From contig JACPKK010000001.1 of the NCBI GenBank assembly GCA_016187105.1, forward strand, positions 1-52,130: DNA of 52,130 bases, read 5' to 3'. Each line of letters opens with the position of its first letter. The first letter of the stretch is position 1. The position numbers and the translations under genes were made by a program. Source of the DNA: Candidatus Curtissbacteria bacterium (GTDB lineage Bacteria; Patescibacteriota; Microgenomatia; Curtissbacterales; GWA2-41-24). Positions 46,828 to 52,130 of the stretch are shown piece by piece. The notes beneath the pieces were generated by a model, which was not told the origin of the DNA, made no database searches, and saw nothing but the letters and a program-made list of their open reading frames with translations.

Positions 46828-48372
46828 TTAAGTATCAGTACTTGGGCGATATTGCAACGCTTCTGCGACGTGGTTTGATTTGATCTTGACTGATCCTTCA
46901 AGGTCGGCGATGGTCCTTCCTATTTTGATGACGCGGTGAAAGGCCCGGGCAGAAAGGTTGAGTTTTTGGATGGCCTGTTTAAGGAGTAAAATTGACTGAT
47001 CGTCTAAATTACAAAAAGTTTTGAGCTGTTTATTGTTCATTTCAGCATTGGATGTTATTTTTAGACTCCTAAATCTTTTAAGCTGAATGTCCCTTGCCTT
47101 TTGGACCCGTTTTTGAATCTTGGATGATGATTCGGATTGGTAATTTTCTGTTAGCTTTCCGGGCGGAACAACGGGGACGGTTATGTGCATGTCAATTCTA
47201 TCCAAAATCGGCCCCGAGATTCTTTTCTGGTAGCGGGTAATCATGTGAGGCATACAGGTACAGTTTCTGGTTTCGTCGCCAAAGTAGCCGCACGGACAAG
47301 GGTTGGCGGCGGCAATTAATGTGAATCTCGCGGGAAACTTTACTGAACCGGCCGCTCGAGAAATAGTTACGTGACCATCTTCCATTGGCTGCCTCAAAGC
47401 CTCTAAAACCTGACGCGGAAATTCGGGAAATTCATCCAAGAACAAGACTCCGCGGTGAGCAAGGGAAATTTCGCCGGGGTGAGGATTTGCACCGCCACCG
47501 ATTAAGCCTATGTGGCTGGTGGTGTGATGGGGACTACGAATTGGACGCGAAGTTATAATCGGCTGATCAGCGGACAGGAGATTGGCAACAGAATAAATTT
47601 TGGTAACTTCTAAGCTTTCTTCAAATGTTAATCTAGGTAAAACGGTTGCAAAACTTCTGGCCATTAAGGTTTTGCCTGCACCCGGCGGTCCTTTCATAAG
47701 CAGGTTGTGGCCGCCGGCCGCTGCAATCTCTAAAGCGCGTTTAGCGCTTTCCTGACCTTTAATATTTTCAAAATCATACTCGAGATCGAAGAGGCGGGCG
47801 TATTTTAGCTTTTTGTAAGCTGCCGGAGGAATTGTTTTGCGGCTTAATTGGGGCAAGTGCGCGGTGGCAAAATGATCGAAGACTTGCTTAAGGGTTGCAA
47901 CGGGGTAAATTGTGAGTTTGTCGACGATTTGGGCTTCCGGCATGTTATCTTGGGGTATGAAAATGTCATTGATGTTTTTGTCCCTGGCCATAAGGGCGCA
48001 AGGTAAAACTCCCCAAATACGGCGCAGGGATCCGTCAAGTGAAAGTTCACCTAAAAAAACAGCGTCGGAGAGATCGCGGGGCGATAGCTGTTCTGAAGCA
48101 ATTAGTATGCCGAGGGCAATTGGCAAATCATAAGCAGGGCCTTCTTTGGGAAGGTCGGCTGGGGCAAGGTTAACAGTGATCCTTTTTGGGGGCATATCCG
48201 CCCCGCTGTTTTTAAGGGCGGCCCTGACTCTTTCCTTGGATTCTTCGACGGCTTTATCGGGAAGGCCGACTATGGTAAAAGAGGGCAAGCCTTGGGAAGC
48301 GATATCAACTTCGACAATAACAGGGACAGCGTCAAGACCGACAACGGCGGCGGAAGTGATTTTGGCGAGCAT
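46828..48372 (-). CDS. comM: YifB/ComM Mg-chelatase-like AAA ATPase
   Basis: IVGLPD..V.ES.ERV, NLAPADL.KEG, GPPGAGKT, PGEISLAHRGVLFLDE and NPCPCG. Confidence 0.93.
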   Translation of the reverse strand: MLAKITSAAVVGLDAVPVIVEVDIASQGLPSFTIVGLPDKAVEESKERVRAALKNSGADMPPKRITVNLAPADLPKEGPAYDLPIALGILIASEQLSPRDLSDAVFLGELSLDGSLRRIWGVLPCALMARDKNINDIFIPQDNMPEAQIVDKLTIYPVATLKQVFDHFATAHLPQLSRKTIPPAAYKKLKYARLFDLEYDFENIKGQESAKRALEIAAAGGHNLLMKGPPGAGKTLMARSFATVLPRLTFEESLEVTKIYSVANLLSADQPIITSRPIRSPHHTTSHIGLIGGGANPHPGEISLAHRGVLFLDEFPEFPRQVLEALRQPMEDGHVTISRAAGSVKFPARFTLIAAANPCPCGYFGDETRNCTCMPHMITRYQKRISGPILDRIDMHITVPVVPPGKLTENYQSESSSKIQKRVQKARDIQLKRFRSLKITSNAEMNNKQLKTFCNLDDQSILLLKQAIQKLNLSARAFHRVIKIGRTIADLEGSVKIKSNHVAEALQYRPSTDT

Positions 48373-48376
48373 ATTG

Positions 48377-49822
48377 CTACTTACCCCTACTTTCCCTTCT
48401 AAGGATCCATAAATTATCTTTGTCCTTATAGCTTAACTCTTGATACTGCCGAAAATTACCGCTGGCGACCAATTCATCCTTAAAGAGCGGATTTGCCAGT
48501 AAAACCGTATCAACAGTATCTAGCTCGAAAAACGGCCAGAGCTCGACACCGCTTCTAATATCCATCATCGGGACATTTCGATCGCCGTTTTTTATCCAAA
48601 GAACCTTAGGGCTTTCTGGTAGATTATTAATCGCTTTTACGGCATCTCTGTAGGTTGTTTGTCCATAGCGGAAATTGGAATCGTTAAACATGGTTGTCTG
48701 GGCCCATGGGCCGATATTAATTCGTAAACCATTGAGTATTAATAGAGGGGTAAAGAAAATCAGCACAGTGAAAATATAAATTTTCCTAAGTGGCGAGTGA
48801 AGGCGAGAGAGTGCCAGAGCAGCAAATAAGGAAAAGTAGGGGTTTAAAGTTACGTACCCGTATTCGCCGCTGTGGCCGACGTGAGTTATAAAAATATGCG
48901 AATAAACAAGGAAGAGGCTTAATAGAAATAGATGCTGCGGTTTTCTATGTTTTAAAGAAACGTAAATGCCAAAGGGAACTAAAAGAGCAAACGGGAAAGA
49001 ATAAAGATGCGGAATCAGCCTTTGGAACATAAAAGAATAGAAATCGCTCACGAACTGCGAAAGAACCTTGTTAATACCGGCTATATCGGGGTCGGCCGGG
49101 TTAGCGAGTGCATCAAAATAGGCATTTGGCGAAACCAGTAGGTAAAAGATTATTACAAAGGAGACGGATGCGATGATTAGTTGCTGCCAATGGTTTTTTG
49201 CCCAGAGCGGAAAATTTTTGATTCTTGTAAAGGCGGCTAGCGCCAGACCGTAAAAAACGAACAGGAAAGGACCGTTAATTTTGGTGGCCCAGACCAGAGC
49301 CGACGCCGCGCCAAGCCAAAGCCCCAGAATCAGTTTTTGGGAATTTAGCACTTTCCAAAAAGAAATCGCTGCAAACAATAAGGTGGCTTCCAGAAGAGGG
49401 TCAAGGTGGGCATCCCGGCCGTATCTTACGTCGTGAGGGAGGAAAACGAGCAAAAGGAGAGCCGTCAGTGCGACTCTTGGACCAAATAGGATTTTCCCAA
49501 GAATATAGGTTCCCAAGACGGCAATCAAGTTTGACAGCGCCATCACGAGCCTGCCGGTTGTGACCGAAGGTCCAAAAACCTTAAACATGATGATCATTAA
49601 ATCGCCGCCAAGGAAAGGATGACCTACAAAGGGAACTCCGTGACGAAACGGGTGGTGTCTGGGAACAACATACGGGTCACCGGTGACGAACCGGTAAGCT
49701 TCATGAATAAAATGGTGTTCATCGGGGCTGATGTCGAAATTGCCCAAACCCCAAAGCCTTAAAAAAGCGGCTGCTGTAAAAAGGAAGATGACAAAAAGCC
49801 GCGATTTCTTAGTGGCAAGCAT
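48377..49822 (-). CDS. GT-C fold membrane glycosyltransferase (GT39/ArnT-like)
   Basis: LRL...DE motif, HPFL and many TM helices. Confidence 0.75.
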   Translation of the reverse strand: MLATKKSRLFVIFLFTAAAFLRLWGLGNFDISPDEHHFIHEAYRFVTGDPYVVPRHHPFRHGVPFVGHPFLGGDLMIIMFKVFGPSVTTGRLVMALSNLIAVLGTYILGKILFGPRVALTALLLLVFLPHDVRYGRDAHLDPLLEATLLFAAISFWKVLNSQKLILGLWLGAASALVWATKINGPFLFVFYGLALAAFTRIKNFPLWAKNHWQQLIIASVSFVIIFYLLVSPNAYFDALANPADPDIAGINKVLSQFVSDFYSFMFQRLIPHLYSFPFALLVPFGIYVSLKHRKPQHLFLLSLFLVYSHIFITHVGHSGEYGYVTLNPYFSLFAALALSRLHSPLRKIYIFTVLIFFTPLLILNGLRINIGPWAQTTMFNDSNFRYGQTTYRDAVKAINNLPESPKVLWIKNGDRNVPMMDIRSGVELWPFFELDTVDTVLLANPLFKDELVASGNFRQYQELSYKDKDNLWILRRESRGK

Positions 49823-49838
49823 TGTGTTTTAGTTTAGA

Positions 49839-50615
49839 TCAAAGTTTAGATTTTCGCCATCCAGAATCTTGGGCTTCCCCTTCTGTGCAAAACCATTTTT
49901 CGCCTTTAGACTCGTCGACTACTGTTTTATCGTAATATCTTTGCCCGGGCAGATGATAAATTTTTTCGCCGGAGGTTGAGATGTTTCCTTTAATAAGGCA
50001 AGCTTCTTCTTGACTGGTCGTCTTATCATCTGATTTACATACTGACCACAAACCTTTGCCTTGTTCCTGCGCTCTCTGTTGGGATTGTAGAAGACGGTCT
50101 TGGTACTTAATATCCGGCGGAAAAGCCGAGCTTTGCGCGAAACCTTCTTTGACAAGATAATCATTGACGAAAATATCATCTACACCTGCCTCGCCGGCAG
50201 GCAGGTAAACGTACCTTAATAATCTTCCATACTTATCGGTCTGGCTCACATCTTTTTCTAGACTAATTGATTTACCTTCAACCAGTTCCTTGTTTTTTGC
50301 GGCCGATTCTTGACCGAAACATTGGACAGGTTTCCTAGGATCCACAGTTTCCGGGGTATCGATACCAATGTAACGGACTCTCTGGCCATTTTCGAGTTCA
50401 ATGGTGTCACCATCAATAACTTTGGAAACTTTGGCAGTCGTGAGGTTGTTAATTTCAGGTAATAATTGACTCGAATCGCTTGCGGAGATAACTTGAGGAT
50501 AGTTCTCAACCGTAGTTGACTCACGGCCAGCTTGATTTTTCCCAAAGGAAAGAATGAATAAGACTAAGGCGAATATAAAAAATAATCCAGAAAAAAGTAG
50601 GGGTAACTTCTTCAA
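49839..50615 (-). CDS. Thermonuclease (SNase-like) with a C-terminal Cys-containing domain
   Basis: VIDGDTI, VRYIGIDTPE, DKYGRLLRYV and CLIKGNI...KIYHLPG...WFC. Confidence 0.9.
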   Translation of the reverse strand: MKKLPLLFSGLFFIFALVLFILSFGKNQAGRESTTVENYPQVISASDSSQLLPEINNLTTAKVSKVIDGDTIELENGQRVRYIGIDTPETVDPRKPVQCFGQESAAKNKELVEGKSISLEKDVSQTDKYGRLLRYVYLPAGEAGVDDIFVNDYLVKEGFAQSSAFPPDIKYQDRLLQSQQRAQEQGKGLWSVCKSDDKTTSQEEACLIKGNISTSGEKIYHLPGQRYYDKTVVDESKGEKWFCTEGEAQDSGWRKSKL

Positions 50616-50630
50616 AGTGAGTCGATTATA

Positions 50631-51185
50631 TCACCGACTTAAATACTTCTTGAGTTTTTTGAGGGCGAGGGCGCGGTGGGAAATTTTGTTTTTTTCTACC
50701 GGGGACATTTGGGCATAAGTTTTTTTAAAGCCGTTTGGAACAAAAACTACGTCAAAGCCAAAGCCTTGATTTCCTTTTGCTTTGGGAACTAAATGACCAT
50801 GGATCATTCCTTTAAATATTTTTAAAGTTCTGCCGTCGTAAATGGCAAGGGCATCAGTAACCTTGGTCCTAGTGTTTTTACTTTTAATGAGGCTGACGGT
50901 TTTTTCGGCACCTAAAGTTTTTAGGAAATACTTAACAAATGGCCCGGGCAAGCCATCTAGCGATTCGATCTGGAGACTTACGTCTGTGACTAAAACCGGT
51001 TTTTTGATTTTTTCGTAAGCTGCTTTGGCCTTGGCAGTAATAACTTCATCTAAGTCTAGTGACTGAATTTCTGGAACGTCGATTTTTGAAACTTTATGGT
51101 TTGTGCCCAGAATTTCGTTAATCTCTTGTAGTTTATGGCTATTGGATGTAACTACGACTAAGTCTTTAAGTTTAAACTTACTCAT
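50631..51185 (-). CDS. rdgB: Non-canonical purine NTP pyrophosphatase (RdgB/Ham1)
   Basis: TSN.HK, GLPGP..K, GFGFD..F and KNKISHR. Confidence 0.92.
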   Translation of the reverse strand: MSKFKLKDLVVVTSNSHKLQEINEILGTNHKVSKIDVPEIQSLDLDEVITAKAKAAYEKIKKPVLVTDVSLQIESLDGLPGPFVKYFLKTLGAEKTVSLIKSKNTRTKVTDALAIYDGRTLKIFKGMIHGHLVPKAKGNQGFGFDVVFVPNGFKKTYAQMSPVEKNKISHRALALKKLKKYLSR

Positions 51186-52130
51186 ACTCTATCGTTGCCG
51201 GGGGTTTTTGGGTGATGTCGTAAACGACGCGGTTGACGCCGCGGACTTCGTTGACGATGCGAGAGGAAACTTTTTCTAGCAAATCATAGGGAAGTTTAGT
51301 CCAGTCTGCTGTCATAAAATCGACAGTGTCAACGCATCTTAGAGAAACAATGTAGGAGTATGTACGGCTATCCCCCATGACCCCCACAGATTTGACAGGA
51401 AATAGGGCGGCGAGGGCTTGGCCTACCTTTAGATCCGAACTCTGTGAGGATCGCAAGGAAGTTTTGTTAGAAACTTCCTTATTATATAGACCCGATGATT
51501 TAAGTTCCTCAATAAAAATCTCGTCGACCGATTTTAAAATGTTGAGTCTTTCTTCTGTCACTTCTCCAAGGATTCTTATAGCGAGACCCGGTCCGGGAAA
51601 CGGATGGCGGTTTAAAAAATCTTGGGGAATCCCTAATGCTTTTCCAATTAGTCTTACTTCATCTTTGTAAAATTCCGCAAGCGGCTCGATAAGTTCAAGT
51701 TTTAGACCCGATGGCAAAGTGACATTGTGATGGCTTTTAATTTTGTCGGCATGCTTTGAAGGCTGGGCTGATTCGATACGGTCGGGGTAGATAGTCCCTT
51801 GGCCAAGGTATCTGATCCGTCTGTCGCCGGACAGGTCTTTTCCAAGTTTTTTTGCTTCTTCCTCTAATATTTTGAAATAAAGTTTTGCGATAGTTTTTCT
51901 TTTTTCTTCGGGATCGGTTATTCCTTTTAAAGCTTTGACGAAAGTTTCACTTTTATCTGCAACCTTAAAATTTTTGAACTTAACTTTTTCAATAACATTT
52001 TTTAAATCAGATAAATCGTAATTTCTCAAAAGACCGGTATCGATAAAGAGAAGATGGAGCTTTGATCCGATTGCTTCTTTTAGAAGCGCCGCAGCAACAA
52101 GCGAATCTACTCCGCCGGAGATTGCCATTA
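51178..52130 (-). CDS. guaA: GMP synthase, ATP-pyrophosphatase and C-terminal domains (5' end outside the window)
   Basis: SGGVDS, DPEEKRK, QGTIYPD.IES, IKSHHNV, RHPFPGPGLA and KPPATIEYE. Confidence 0.95.
   Translation of the reverse strand, partial: MAISGGVDSLVAAALLKEAIGSKLHLLFIDTGLLRNYDLSDLKNVIEKVKFKNFKVADKSETFVKALKGITDPEEKRKTIAKLYFKILEEEAKKLGKDLSGDRRIRYLGQGTIYPDRIESAQPSKHADKIKSHHNVTLPSGLKLELIEPLAEFYKDEVRLIGKALGIPQDFLNRHPFPGPGLAIRILGEVTEERLNILKSVDEIFIEELKSSGLYNKEVSNKTSLRSSQSSDLKVGQALAALFPVKSVGVMGDSRTYSYIVSLRCVDTVDFMTADWTKLPYDLLEKVSSRIVNEVRGVNRVVYDITQKPPATIEYE

Overview
This is a gene-dense bacterial window in standard code 11 (several intact genes end in TGA). The gene content and style suggest a Patescibacteria/CPR genome, probably Microgenomates-like; this is inference. 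It holds about 45 CDS, mostly on the minus strand. Housekeeping genes include hppA, lon, nrdR-nrdJ, metK, gltX, archaeal-type aspS, recJ, cca, secD/secF, comM/yifB, rdgB and partial guaA. There are two tRNAs (Glu-CTC, Gln-CTG), a Phd-RelE toxin-antitoxin pair, and three tandem zinc-peptidase-like genes at the left end, one of which is missing from the ORF track. No CRISPR array, transposase or integrase is visible. The most notable observations are: (1) a translationally coupled gltX / MshB-like deacetylase / MshC-like cysteine ligase unit, suggesting a mycothiol-type thiol pathway outside Actinobacteria; (2) a CsoR-controlled copper operon ending in lit and lgt lipoprotein-acylation genes; (3) several families of small palindromic REP-like elements, often nested and repeatedly inserted in frame into conserved proteins; (4) a minimal SAM-I-type riboswitch that folds over the metK start codon; (5) a greA with no canonical start, fused to a duplicated tRNA-Glu 3' end; (6) extended -10 promoters 6-7 nt before many start codons, implying widespread leaderless mRNA. 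All calls come from reading motifs by eye; no searches were run.
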